Shown here: positions 1-8,034 of the stretch, piece by piece | Position numbering within the stretch: position 1 is the stretch's first letter | Layout: each line of letters starts with the position of its first letter | IMG/VR virus record: IMGVR_UViG_3300012953_007463 | Location: 1 to 44,783 of that record | Origin: a virus | Lineage: Duplodnaviria > Caudoviricetes | Strand: one strand, 5' to 3' | Length of the DNA stretch: 44,783 nt | The notes under the pieces: model-generated | What the model saw: the letters and a program-made list of their open reading frames with translations, nothing else | Database searches by the model: none | Told to the model about the DNA's origin: nothing | Made by a program: the position numbers and the translations under genes

Positions 1-88
1 GACCGGCAGAAAAATGCGGGATAAACGAGAAATGCCTACTTCTACTGCTAACCCCCTGAGGTCTTCCTCACCCGAGGAAGGTGGTAAT

Positions 89-505
89 ATGTCACTTCCT
101 ATTGAAGGGACTCAGCCACCTTGCGTGGGCTCGGAGCGAGGTCACGAGGTTAGACCTCCGGTGGGTTCTTTAATCCGGTATCTTGGCACGCATCGGCGAG
201 TTACTTTCGAAGACTGGCAGTCGGATTTGGCGATTCTTTTAGACAGGAAGCACGTCCACCGCACGGTGGTCGGCGGTCCCCAGCCTAATCCAGATGTCTG
301 GCCTTTCGAGGTTGCTATTCTTCTGGTACAGTGGTTAGATGAAGCTGGTTACTATATTGACGACCGGTGGAAGCCACGAGCGTGGGTGGAACAGGGAGGA
401 GATCTCCAGTGTATGGAGGGATACTTGGCTGGTAGAGGACCTCACTGGGTCATGGAGCGTGCAGGTACTGGCACCGGTCATATCATGTGGGAGGTGGTCG
501 AGTGA
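89..505 (+). CDS. hypothetical protein (possible divergent member of the SH3/KOW-like family)
   Basis: ORF 14..505; ATG at 89 follows GAGGAAGGTGG; contains PPVGSLIRY and ends WEVVE, like the array genes. Confidence 0.5.
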   Translation: MSLPIEGTQPPCVGSERGHEVRPPVGSLIRYLGTHRRVTFEDWQSDLAILLDRKHVHRTVVGGPQPNPDVWPFEVAILLVQWLDEAGYYIDDRWKPRAWVEQGGDLQCMEGYLAGRGPHWVMERAGTGTGHIMWEVVE

Positions 506-598
506 CCCGCGTATCTCTCGTATCTCCTCGGTCGAAAGGCTTTGTGTGGGATGCGGGTCATGCCCGCAAAGCCGATTAATAATTTTATGGAGAAAAAA

Positions 599-856
599 AT
601 GGAAAAAGAAAAAGTATTGAAAGGAACTAATTCTTATGTCGGGCCTCTGGCCGCGGCCGAAGACTCGGCCGGGCAGTTTGTTGCCGGTCTAATTTATTGT
701 GATTTCCTAGAAAAGGTCGTTCTCCAGCAAGAGGCTGTTAACGCTATTTTAGAAAGTAACGCTAGCGAAGCCGAAAAAGTCGAAGCCGTCCAAACAAATG
801 AAGACCTGGAAAAGGTTTGGTTAGTAATGAGCGAAGAGTTTGGTTACGAATGCTGA
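599..856 (+). CDS. hypothetical acidic protein
   Basis: ORF 542..856; ATG at 599 follows GGAG. Confidence 0.55.
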   Translation: MEKEKVLKGTNSYVGPLAAAEDSAGQFVAGLIYCDFLEKVVLQQEAVNAILESNASEAEKVEAVQTNEDLEKVWLVMSEEFGYEC

Positions 857-943
857 ACATCCGCTAGGGTTCTTAGGGGGCCCGTCGAAAACCACCGCTT
901 CGCGGTGAATGGGAATATATGGTTTAGATTAAAGGAGGTCGCG

Positions 944-1207
944 ATGGGCATTATCGAAAAAGTATTTATTTGGCGTTTTATATCCATAGTAATAACTCTT
1001 ATCGTAACGTACGCGTGGGCGGGTAATTTAATATCGGCTACTGGGTTGACGATAGTACTCCAAGGAGTTCTATTGTTCGCCCATTGGATGTTTGAGAACT
1101 GGTGGTTAAACCAAAAGGTAAGAAAAATTTTGGGCCCCGAAAAAAACCCCCCTCGAAAAAACGGCCTCCGGCCTGGAAAGAGAAGAATGGTCGCGAAAAA
1201 GAGATGA
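944..1207 (+). CDS. small membrane protein, DUF2061-like
   Basis: AGGAGG before ATG 944; K-x3-WR...TY...G...HWMFENWW pattern with two hydrophobic helices. Confidence 0.65.
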   Translation: MGIIEKVFIWRFISIVITLIVTYAWAGNLISATGLTIVLQGVLLFAHWMFENWWLNQKVRKILGPEKNPPRKNGLRPGKRRMVAKKR

Positions 1208-1635
1208 GAAAAAAATTTAAAAAAGACTATGAGTGGCTTAAAAAGCATATAGAAAAGAAATTCAACTACGAAGTACTTGAGGGTACTTGGGCCGATGAGC
1301 GTGTAGAGTTTGAAGAGCAAAAAGTTTATATTTGTTCTAGAAACCGTGCCGAGACTAGACTCTACACCCTTCTTCATGAATATGGTCATATTGAGATTCA
1401 AGAAATGGGCGCTGCCGATTTTGAAGCTGACCATCCAATGTATTATAAAATAGACGACGGTAGAGTCGAAAGATCAAAAGCCGCAAGAGTATCAATCGTT
1501 GCTGAAGAAATAGAAGCATGGAAACGGGGCCGGTGGTTTGCTAGAAAAAATAAGCTTTCGCTAGATGAAAAGAAATATGATAAACATATGACAGCAGCAC
1601 TAATGAGTTATATCAATTGGGCTTCAGACAGCTAA
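1204..1635 (+). CDS. putative HExxH zinc metallopeptidase-fold protein
   Basis: ATGA overlap at 1204; YTLLHEYGH plus downstream EEIEAW. Confidence 0.65.
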   Translation: MRKKFKKDYEWLKKHIEKKFNYEVLEGTWADERVEFEEQKVYICSRNRAETRLYTLLHEYGHIEIQEMGAADFEADHPMYYKIDDGRVERSKAARVSIVAEEIEAWKRGRWFARKNKLSLDEKKYDKHMTAALMSYINWASDS

Positions 1636-1717
1636 ACTACGTTCAACGCCCTCAGATTCCTAGACTCGATCGAGATAAAACATAGCTTACAAATAAAGTT
1701 AATGAATACTTAATTTT

Positions 1718-2320
1718 ATGAATGCGGTATCATTATGGTTAGTATCATTTTTCTCTTTGATTTTTCTAACCACCTGCACTCACCGCTGGATAGCCAGCCC
1801 AGATCCAGTTGAGCCTTACAAATCTTGTAATCCTATTTCTACCAACTCAATTCAAATGGTTTTTGTTCCTGACTATAAAGATACTACGGTGGTAGTTGAG
1901 TATTGTGATAGATTCAGAAGGGAACGCGTTTCTATTGCTTTAAGATATTTTGAAAATGAGTGGAATAAAGTTTTTGGTAAATCTCTTGCTGTTCATAATA
2001 ATATGAGAAACTTAATGATTACATTTGGTTCTGAAAAAAGAAAGATTAATGGATATTCTGAAGATGGAGTCCTCATGACAAATGCTGATCTTATGGGTAT
2101 AACGATAACAAAGAGTTCAGTTTGGATTTATGCACCTCCGTGGGTCGAAAGAATATGCGACACTTCATTAATACATGAACTGGTTCATACCAGCATCTGG
2201 TCTATCAATAATAAGCATGGAGATCCAGATCACACTGGTGAAAAATATCCAGGCTGGAGTTATCTTCATTCCAAGCTCATTCAAGACGTTAACGCAGAAC
2301 TTTGCCAATTAGGTATTTAG
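1718..2320 (+). CDS. exported/membrane-anchored HExxH protein
   Basis: hydrophobic N-terminus ending TTC; SLIHELVH motif. Confidence 0.6.
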   Translation: MNAVSLWLVSFFSLIFLTTCTHRWIASPDPVEPYKSCNPISTNSIQMVFVPDYKDTTVVVEYCDRFRRERVSIALRYFENEWNKVFGKSLAVHNNMRNLMITFGSEKRKINGYSEDGVLMTNADLMGITITKSSVWIYAPPWVERICDTSLIHELVHTSIWSINNKHGDPDHTGEKYPGWSYLHSKLIQDVNAELCQLGI

Positions 2321-2323
2321 CCT

Positions 2324-2343
2324 AAGCTACGTATAGCTTTTTT
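2324..2343 (+). terminator. putative intrinsic terminator
   Basis: AAGCTA-cgta-TAGCTT hairpin followed by a T run just after stop 2320; weak stem. Confidence 0.5.
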
Positions 2344-2400
2344 ATAATATTTTTTTTATTGTAAAATAACGTAGTTTAGACAGAAAATTCTGCGGTGTTT

Positions 2401-2431
2401 CTGTGAAAAAAATCCCTGAGTGTGGTATAAT
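2401..2431 (+). promoter_or_regulatory. sigma70-type (early) promoter, GTGAAA-N17-TATAAT with extended -10 TG
   Basis: GTGAAA 2403-2408, TATAAT 2426-2431; same layout at 5304 and 5835. Confidence 0.75.
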
Positions 2432-2458
2432 ATTGGTATAAAGGTTAAGGAGAACATT

Positions 2459-2743
2459 ATGTCTAGCGATATTTCAGTTGGTGATCGAGTTCGCTCTTTC
2501 GATTTTTCTACCTCCCCGGGAGGACGCGATCTTCATGGAGAGCATGCATGTTATGTGGAGGGACGCGTAGAAGATCTTGTTCGAGTTGATGGTTGTCTTC
2601 GTTATAAGATTCTTGTTGACCGCGATGTTTTTGGCGGTGAAGAATCTACTGTTCGAGTGGGTCGCTACTGTCACCCCCCAGTTAATGGTACACCTCGTCT
2701 TATCGGCGGCGCTAAGGTTACTAACTTCGTAGAGCTCGTGTAA
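2459..2743 (+). CDS. SH3/KOW-like small protein
   Basis: AAGGAG before ATG 2459; ISVGDRVR...FVELV. Confidence 0.75.
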   Translation: MSSDISVGDRVRSFDFSTSPGGRDLHGEHACYVEGRVEDLVRVDGCLRYKILVDRDVFGGEESTVRVGRYCHPPVNGTPRLIGGAKVTNFVELV

Positions 2744-2976
2744 TGATGCATATTTGGCCTGGAGAAATTTGGGAGCTTTGGGGAGAGATTCGGCCTATTA
2801 AGGGTCCGTCAGTTAACGTGCCCATAGCAGTATTTTTTACTGAAGAATCTGCTTTAAAATATATTGAAAAAAGTCGATTGAAGAAAAAGGGTTTTCGAAA
2901 AAAATCTCTTCTTCGACATGCTGACCGAGCCTGGATTGAAATGCGTGAAGAACTTCCTATCGAGCCGGCTCTATGA
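2743..2976 (+). CDS. hypothetical protein
   Basis: TAATG coupling upstream and ATGA coupling downstream. Confidence 0.65.
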   Translation: MMHIWPGEIWELWGEIRPIKGPSVNVPIAVFFTEESALKYIEKSRLKKKGFRKKSLLRHADRAWIEMREELPIEPAL

Positions 2977-3152
2977 AAGTCGGTGATTTAGCTCAATTTA
3001 AAAATACAGGAAAAGAAGATTTCTTAGGGTGGGGTACTGTTCTAGATTGGGATGATGAGCACGTTAAAGTAGCTTTTATTTTAGATCCCAAAGGATGGAA
3101 CCATCGCTGGATATCAAAAAAGTTTATAGAGGTTTATCATGAAAGTCGGTGA
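2973..3152 (+). CDS. MKVGDL-family SH3/KOW-like protein (59 aa, below the ORF-track cutoff)
   Basis: manual translation MKVGDLAQFKNTGKEDFLGWGTVLDW...KFIEVYHESR. Confidence 0.8.
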   Translation: MKVGDLAQFKNTGKEDFLGWGTVLDWDDEHVKVAFILDPKGWNHRWISKKFIEVYHESR

Positions 3153-3348
3153 TTTAGTTAAATTTAAAAAGACGGGAGCGATTGCATCGATTGTCAACAT
3201 TGAAAATAGAAGTGCTCTAGGGTACGGAGACTTTGTTAGCATCTATGTTTCAGACGGGACATTAAATCATACTCCTTCACCAGATGGATATACAGGTATG
3301 TCGATGAAAATGCTTAAGAGAACTGCGGAGGTTATCAGTGAAAGTTAG
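3139..3348 (+). CDS. MKVGDL-family SH3/KOW-like protein
   Basis: MKVGDLVKF...AEVISES. Confidence 0.8.
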   Translation: MKVGDLVKFKKTGAIASIVNIENRSALGYGDFVSIYVSDGTLNHTPSPDGYTGMSMKMLKRTAEVISES

Positions 3349-3676
3349 AACCAGCAAGCTAGACAAAAAAACCATTGTGATTGAAGTTGAATACGGCGAC
3401 ACTGGGGATATTGTCGACATGTTAGATATTAGAGAAAATGGATTTGCTATTTTTGGAGAAGCTGTAGAAATACCAATGGCTGTAGTAGATGGTCGTTTAC
3501 TAAAAGAAGACTGGTTTACTTCTAATCATCTGCTTGCGATTGAAGCTCATGAGTTGGGACACATTCTTAAAAAGTCTGAAGATGAACCCACTGCAGAGCG
3601 AGAAGGTATTAGGCTTTTAGAAATAAATGGTTACAAAGAAGCAGCTAGCATTTTGATAGATAGAGGCATTGCATGA
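3338..3676 (+). CDS. HExxH protein
   Basis: GTG start in the junction motif; AHELGH followed by E-x-x-AE. Confidence 0.65.
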   Translation: MKVRTSKLDKKTIVIEVEYGDTGDIVDMLDIRENGFAIFGEAVEIPMAVVDGRLLKEDWFTSNHLLAIEAHELGHILKKSEDEPTAEREGIRLLEINGYKEAASILIDRGIA

Positions 3677-3861
3677 AAGTTAAAAAAATCTGCCCTAAAC
3701 CGGGTCACTTAGTGGTGTGGAAACATTTATTTGCCCACGACCCAAACTACATTGCTGGAACTCTCGTAGAAAAATTAGGTATACAAGTTCTTTTATTAGC
3801 TGTCGATGGCTCTACAAACTGGTATCCTCGCACTAGTTTTCATGTAGTAGTAGAAGAATAA
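3673..3861 (+). CDS. SH3/KOW-like small protein
   Basis: PKPGHLVVW...FHVV. Confidence 0.65.
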   Translation: MKVKKICPKPGHLVVWKHLFAHDPNYIAGTLVEKLGIQVLLLAVDGSTNWYPRTSFHVVVEE

Positions 3862-3870
3862 GGAGGAAAG

Positions 3871-4059
3871 ATGAAAGTTGGAGATTTAATCTGGACATCT
3901 CAAAAATCCACAGACACAGCTTGGGGAAGCAGATCTGCCAAGGGGGTTCTTTTAGAGTTTATTCCGGCAACTCACCCTAAGCAAGTTCAAAAAATAAAGG
4001 TTCTTACTAATGGAGAAATCGAAGAATGGATTTTGCAATATTGTAAGGCTGTCATATGA
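3871..4059 (+). CDS. MKVGDL-family SH3/KOW-like protein
   Basis: AGGAGG SD; MKVGDLIW. Confidence 0.8.
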   Translation: MKVGDLIWTSQKSTDTAWGSRSAKGVLLEFIPATHPKQVQKIKVLTNGEIEEWILQYCKAVI

Positions 4060-4253
4060 AAGATGGAGACATGGTTAAGTTTAGAGATGTCATCAATCAT
4101 CGAACAGAAGAGCTTAGCAATTGGAAAATCGGGATCTTAATCGAATACAAGAAGTGGGAAAAAATAGCAACGGTTCTTCATGAAGGAGAAGTTCGTCGTA
4201 TTCGTGCTGAATATGTTACAAAAGCAGGTAGAAAAGATTATGAAAGTCGGTGA
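4056..4253 (+). CDS. MKVGDL-family SH3/KOW-like protein
   Basis: MKDGDMVKF...IGILI. Confidence 0.8.
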   Translation: MKDGDMVKFRDVINHRTEELSNWKIGILIEYKKWEKIATVLHEGEVRRIRAEYVTKAGRKDYESR

Positions 4254-4461
4254 TCTAGTACTATGCAATTACCAGCCTCGCGCAGCCGGTGTTGATAAAG
4301 ATACAGGGGCATGTATAGAAATGAAATATAAAATCAAGGGAGAGTTTGGAATCATTACTTCTTTTAATAACTCCGGCTCTTGTACTATTTTATTTCCGAG
4401 ATATGGATACAAACATATGCTAGCAAAAAGCTGTGTGGAGGTGGTTAGTGAAAGCTGGTGA
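4240..4461 (+). CDS. MKVGDL-family SH3/KOW-like protein
   Basis: internal ATG 4240 of ORF 4180..4461; MKVGDLVLC...VEVVSESW. Confidence 0.8.
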   Translation: MKVGDLVLCNYQPRAAGVDKDTGACIEMKYKIKGEFGIITSFNNSGSCTILFPRYGYKHMLAKSCVEVVSESW

Positions 4462-4636
4462 TTTAGTCAAAACAGTTTATAGAGATGAGTGGGCTGTTGT
4501 AATCTATGCATGGTGGGTTGAAGCAACCTTGGTTGACAAAGCACAGTGGGGAGTCGAGTTTGTCTACCCCTCTGACGGATATAAAAGCTGTCAACCAATG
4601 AAAAATATAAAAGAGGTTATTAGTGAAAGTAGGTGA
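4448..4636 (+). CDS. MKVGDL-family SH3/KOW-like protein
   Basis: GTG 4448 after GGAGG; (M)KAGDLVKT...KEVISESR. Confidence 0.8.
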   Translation: MKAGDLVKTVYRDEWAVVIYAWWVEATLVDKAQWGVEFVYPSDGYKSCQPMKNIKEVISESR

Positions 4637-4883
4637 CATTGTCAAACAAAAATCTGGTATTATCCATGTTGAGGGTAAACCTAAGAAATTTAAACAAATC
4701 GGGATTGTTATAGATATTCAAGATAGCAGTGTACCGCAAAAGTGGTCGAAACTCGCTGGAAGATTAATTTCGGTTTTATGGGAAAACGGAAATCTTACTC
4801 CAAGCTTTGCTGAAAGTAGTTTAGAAGTTGTTAACAAACCTGATGATATTTTGGATTTTAGTTGTACTTGTATTATGGTATAA
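4623..4883 (+). CDS. MKVGDL-family SH3/KOW-like protein
   Basis: MKVGDIVKQ...IGIVI...VLW...LEVV. Confidence 0.8.
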   Translation: MKVGDIVKQKSGIIHVEGKPKKFKQIGIVIDIQDSSVPQKWSKLAGRLISVLWENGNLTPSFAESSLEVVNKPDDILDFSCTCIMV

Positions 4884-5025
4884 GTTAGAATTAAAATATT
4901 GGTTTAAATATCGAAAAGAAAAACCGTATGAGCTCATAGATTTGCAAATAGAAACGAGAAAATTAAATGAAAATCGGAGATCTAGTTCAGTACAGAGATT
5001 GGGAAATCGGCGATCCAAAGATTGA
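4843..5025 (+). CDS. possible small membrane protein
   Basis: MIFWILVVLVLW hydrophobic start; fills the gap but overlaps both neighbours. Confidence 0.4.
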   Translation: MIFWILVVLVLWYKLELKYWFKYRKEKPYELIDLQIETRKLNENRRSSSVQRLGNRRSKD

Positions 5026-5263
5026 AGAAACCCCTCCTGATCGCAGGGGGTGGGGTAGGATTGGAGTTATTGTTGAGATTGGCACCTGGACGCTAGGAGA
5101 ATCAACCGCCCCTGGTGAAAGTATTTTGATGTTAACTGATGAACATGAATTTGTCGAGGTTTGGAAGGGAGACGTAAGTGTTATCAGTGAAACAAAAAAT
5201 ATTGAAAACAGTTGGGAGCTTAACTGTGATTGGAATATCGCTGAGTATGCTCATTCTTATTAG
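4967..5263 (+). CDS. MKVGDL-family SH3/KOW-like protein
   Basis: MKIGDLVQY...IGVIV...VSVISE. Confidence 0.8.
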   Translation: MKIGDLVQYRDWEIGDPKIEETPPDRRGWGRIGVIVEIGTWTLGESTAPGESILMLTDEHEFVEVWKGDVSVISETKNIENSWELNCDWNIAEYAHSY

Positions 5264-5285
5264 TTTAAGCGGTATAAAAAAATAA
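5187..5285 (+). CDS. possible 32-aa membrane peptide
   Basis: GTG within GTTATCAGTGAAA junction motif; (M)KQKILKTVGSLTVIGISLSMLILISLSGIKK. Confidence 0.4.
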   Translation: MKQKILKTVGSLTVIGISLSMLILISLSGIKK

Positions 5286-5300
5286 ATTTATTTGTGCGAA

Positions 5301-5332
5301 TCTGTGAAATTGCACGCGCAGTATAGTATAAT
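5301..5332 (+). promoter_or_regulatory. sigma70-type (early) promoter GTGAAA-N17-TATAAT
   Basis: GTGAAA 5304-5309, TATAAT 5327-5332, AT-rich upstream element. Confidence 0.75.
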
Positions 5333-5379
5333 CTTTATGTTGATGGGGATTGGACCCCAAACAACTAATTGGAGATATT

Positions 5380-5766
5380 ATGGAACTTTTCATTAACGCG
5401 CTGTTTATTACTTTCGGAATTCTTGCTGCCCTCTTTATTGCTCGGGTTAGTTACAGCCTTTTGCAAATTTTTCTAAATGCTGCTCAACGTGCTGTTGAGA
5501 GCAAACGTCGAGAAGAAGTTCGAAAGCTTCGAATTGCTCGTGCAAACGAGCGCCAAGCTGTATTGAAGAAAGAAGTAGAAGAGATTCTGGAAAGCAATAA
5601 AGATGTTGCAGCGCTAGCTGCAGAAATTGCTAACACCCCCTATGCTGGAGGTCGTACTAAGGCGTCTCGAGCTAACAATAACAAGCGCTCTAAGCTCCAA
5701 AAAGAGCTTCGAAACTTGGTACGCAACAAAGCTCATCGAGATTTCATCTATGAAATGTCTGCATAG
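5380..5766 (+). CDS. membrane-anchored coiled-coil protein
   Basis: GGAG SD; N-terminal TM helix then charged helical region. Confidence 0.7.
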   Translation: MELFINALFITFGILAALFIARVSYSLLQIFLNAAQRAVESKRREEVRKLRIARANERQAVLKKEVEEILESNKDVAALAAEIANTPYAGGRTKASRANNNKRSKLQKELRNLVRNKAHRDFIYEMSA

Positions 5767-5789
5767 ATTATAGTTTAATCAATTCTTAT

Positions 5790-5823
5790 GAGAGGCTTTA
5801 TGCCTCTCTTTTTTTATTTTTTT
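5790..5823 (+). terminator. intrinsic terminator
   Basis: GAGAGGC-tttat-GCCTCTC followed by a long T tract. Confidence 0.85.
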
Positions 5824-5831
5824 CGGGAGAA

Positions 5832-5863
5832 TCTGTGAAATAACACTCTGCATGTGGTAAATA
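5832..5863 (+). promoter_or_regulatory. putative promoter of the same class (TCTGTGAAA...TGTGGTAAAT)
   Basis: GTGAAA 5835-5840; TGTGGTA at the same spacing as at 2421; -10 is imperfect. Confidence 0.6.
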
Positions 5864-5888
5864 GTACTATAAATAAGGAAAGGACATT

Positions 5889-6101
5889 ATGACTAAATCA
5901 ATCGCTCCAGTCTCTGCAGTTAATCACATTCTCAATGCCTTCAACGGCATGACTGAGATGGGCGGTACAGACGGGTGGCTCGTTACTCTTCAAAACCAAG
6001 AAGATACTGAAAGTGTTATTAAACTAATTGGAATGCTCAACGGCTGGAAAGCCACTGAACATCCTCATATTCTTCACATGATTCAAATCCAGGGAGCTTA
6101 A
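5889..6101 (+). CDS. hypothetical protein
   Basis: AAGGA SD, downstream of promoter. Confidence 0.7.
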   Translation: MTKSIAPVSAVNHILNAFNGMTEMGGTDGWLVTLQNQEDTESVIKLIGMLNGWKATEHPHILHMIQIQGA

Positions 6102-6488
6102 ATGAACAAGATTTCAAAAGGTTGTTTAGTTCGTCTAAATAATAACATCTGCTTTAGCAGTCAAAATGGTGGAATGCGAAAGTTTCCAATGACTAACCAC
6201 TATAATGATGAGCTTGGTATCGTTGAAGGTACTAGGCTTCCAACTCAAGACGATTTGGATTCTTGGAGAAAAAGCGACAATTCAAAGGGGATGACAGAGG
6301 CTGGAGAAACGAAATTGCCACCAACTGCTTATACGGTCTCTGTTCAAAAAGATAAGATTTATACTGTCGTTCGATCTCGATGCGCTGGACATTGGGGTTA
6401 TCGTAGGCATCCTGGTCAAGCTCTAATATTAGATACAGAAACTGGACACGAGATTTATATTAAGCGTGACCTTTTGGAAGTTGTATGA
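6102..6488 (+). CDS. hypothetical protein, SH3-like with insertion
   Basis: ISKGCLVRL...DLLEVV. Confidence 0.65.
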   Translation: MNKISKGCLVRLNNNICFSSQNGGMRKFPMTNHYNDELGIVEGTRLPTQDDLDSWRKSDNSKGMTEAGETKLPPTAYTVSVQKDKIYTVVRSRCAGHWGYRRHPGQALILDTETGHEIYIKRDLLEVV

Positions 6489-6685
6489 AACCAGGAGATT
6501 TAGTAAAAGCAAAAAGCAGTAACTGTTATGGTACTTTTATTGGCATGCGCACGTTTGAAAGCCACATAGGGAAACATTATACCTGCGCTGAAGTTATGTG
6601 GTTTGATCGTAGCGCTCCAAATGGTGATAGAATTAGTACAATACAGTCAGATTTACTCGAGGTTGTAAGTGAAAGTACTAATTAG
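6485..6685 (+). CDS. MKVGDL-family SH3/KOW-like protein
   Basis: MKPGDLVKA...LLEVVSES. Confidence 0.8.
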   Translation: MKPGDLVKAKSSNCYGTFIGMRTFESHIGKHYTCAEVMWFDRSAPNGDRISTIQSDLLEVVSESTN

Positions 6686-7130
6686 CTCATGTGTATGGGG
6701 TAACGACGTTAGGTGGAACGGTACCAACCGTATGTACTACGACCTGCATGTGTGGGCAGAAGCAAATGGTATAGAGCTCGTCCCAGTCTGTCCTGAAGAT
6801 GAATTGTTTGGCACACCCAGAAAGCCGATTAGGCTAGAGCAGGTCGGAGATGAAGGTGTCGTCGGCTGGATGGGTGGAAAGGACGTATATCGCAACCTTG
6901 TGGATAAAGCATTTGAAATAACCGACAGGCATTCAGACGCTGTTGGATTTATAGGAATTGCAGGATCTCCATCTTGTGGAATATCTGTCGGTGTGAAGAA
7001 CCGCGGTTCAACCATGAAGGCTCCGATGCATATGCAGTCTAGGTTTCCAACGACAGAGGTTAACTCGTTAAGAACAGAAACCAATCGAAAGTTATTTTTA
7101 GAGAGGATAAAGAAGTATGAAAGTCGGTGA
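6669..7130 (+). CDS. DUF523 / 2-thiouracil desulfurase (TudS)-like Fe-S protein
   Basis: ISSCVWGNDVRWNG, PVCPE, GTPRKPIRL and SPSCG motifs. Confidence 0.85.
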   Translation: MKVLISSCVWGNDVRWNGTNRMYYDLHVWAEANGIELVPVCPEDELFGTPRKPIRLEQVGDEGVVGWMGGKDVYRNLVDKAFEITDRHSDAVGFIGIAGSPSCGISVGVKNRGSTMKAPMHMQSRFPTTEVNSLRTETNRKLFLERIKKYESR

Positions 7131-7305
7131 TTTAGTAGAGTTCGTTCACTGCAACCAGCAGGGCAAAAATGGAATAATATCAGGTTTAACAAAACCTTCA
7201 GAATTAGCTGAAAGAAATCCGGCACTTAGATTATACTGGGTTTTTTATGAAGAAGGCGTCCAGTGTTTTACTGGAAATCAATTAATCAAAAAAGGAGAAA
7301 ATTAA
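7117..7305 (+). CDS. MKVGDL-family SH3/KOW-like protein
   Basis: MKVGDLVEF...NGII...YWVF. Confidence 0.8.
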   Translation: MKVGDLVEFVHCNQQGKNGIISGLTKPSELAERNPALRLYWVFYEEGVQCFTGNQLIKKGEN

Positions 7306-7632
7306 ATGAGTACTCATGCAGTATTGGGAGTTCAATTCCCAGATGGAAAAATTAGCGGCTGTTATATTCATTATGACGGAGACTCTATGCGACCAAGAAT
7401 TGAAGCGTTTTTGTCAAAGAAGACAACTACGTGCCTAGCGATGTCAATTTCTGAAGCTCAAGCTGTTGGCGGAATGCGTAGTTTTCCAGTGGAAAAGCAT
7501 GATGATTTGCTTAACGATGATGAACGCTATGATATTGACGAAACTAATTTTTACACCGGAGATCATTTTGGAACGCATTATTTCTACTTGGTAGATTATG
7601 AGACCGGAGAAATTAAGAAGAGGAGTAGTTAA
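7306..7632 (+). CDS. phage-type hypothetical protein
   Basis: AGGAG SD; MST...YIHYDG motif of a kind often seen in small phage proteins. Confidence 0.7.
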   Translation: MSTHAVLGVQFPDGKISGCYIHYDGDSMRPRIEAFLSKKTTTCLAMSISEAQAVGGMRSFPVEKHDDLLNDDERYDIDETNFYTGDHFGTHYFYLVDYETGEIKKRSS

Positions 7633-7633
7633 A

Positions 7634-7909
7634 ATGGCTAGTCTTCACCCAGGTGTCACTTATTGGGAAGATGATAGAGGAAAGGGCCCTTTTAAGATTA
7701 GGGTTGGTGGTACTCATAGTTTTGTTTCTCTTGTAGATCCTACTTATAAATACAATTATCCACCTGGAAGAGTCATAACTTGCGAAGGGTGGGATAATGA
7801 CACTGCTCTTCTTTTTGATTCTATGGACGAAGCTCTAACAACAGCTGATCTCGTATGGGATATTGAGGGATTGCATACTAGCATTGAGGTTTCAAGAGAA
7901 TGGATTTAA
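7634..7909 (+). CDS. hypothetical protein
   Basis: AGGAG before ATG 7634. Confidence 0.65.
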   Translation: MASLHPGVTYWEDDRGKGPFKIRVGGTHSFVSLVDPTYKYNYPPGRVITCEGWDNDTALLFDSMDEALTTADLVWDIEGLHTSIEVSREWI

Positions 7910-8034
7910 AGCTTTTTGGAGACGTCATCATGATGTTAATGATTATCGCAGCTCCTGTGATTTTTATCAAAGCAAATCTTGATTATGAGCCGCAAAGAAC
8001 AGAAGAAAGAGATGAAAAAGGGCGATTTAGTTAA
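7900..8034 (+). CDS. possible 44-aa membrane protein
   Basis: manual translation MDLKLFGDVIMMLMIIAAPVIFIKANLDYEPQ...; fills the gap. Confidence 0.45.
   Translation: MDLKLFGDVIMMLMIIAAPVIFIKANLDYEPQRTEERDEKGRFS

Noticed and set aside
2973-7135. Repeated ATGAAAGTCGGTGA units as a CRISPR array or integron attC sites
   Set aside because: Spacing is irregular and gene-sized, the repeats are coding gene starts without palindromic attC structure, and no cas or integrase gene is present.
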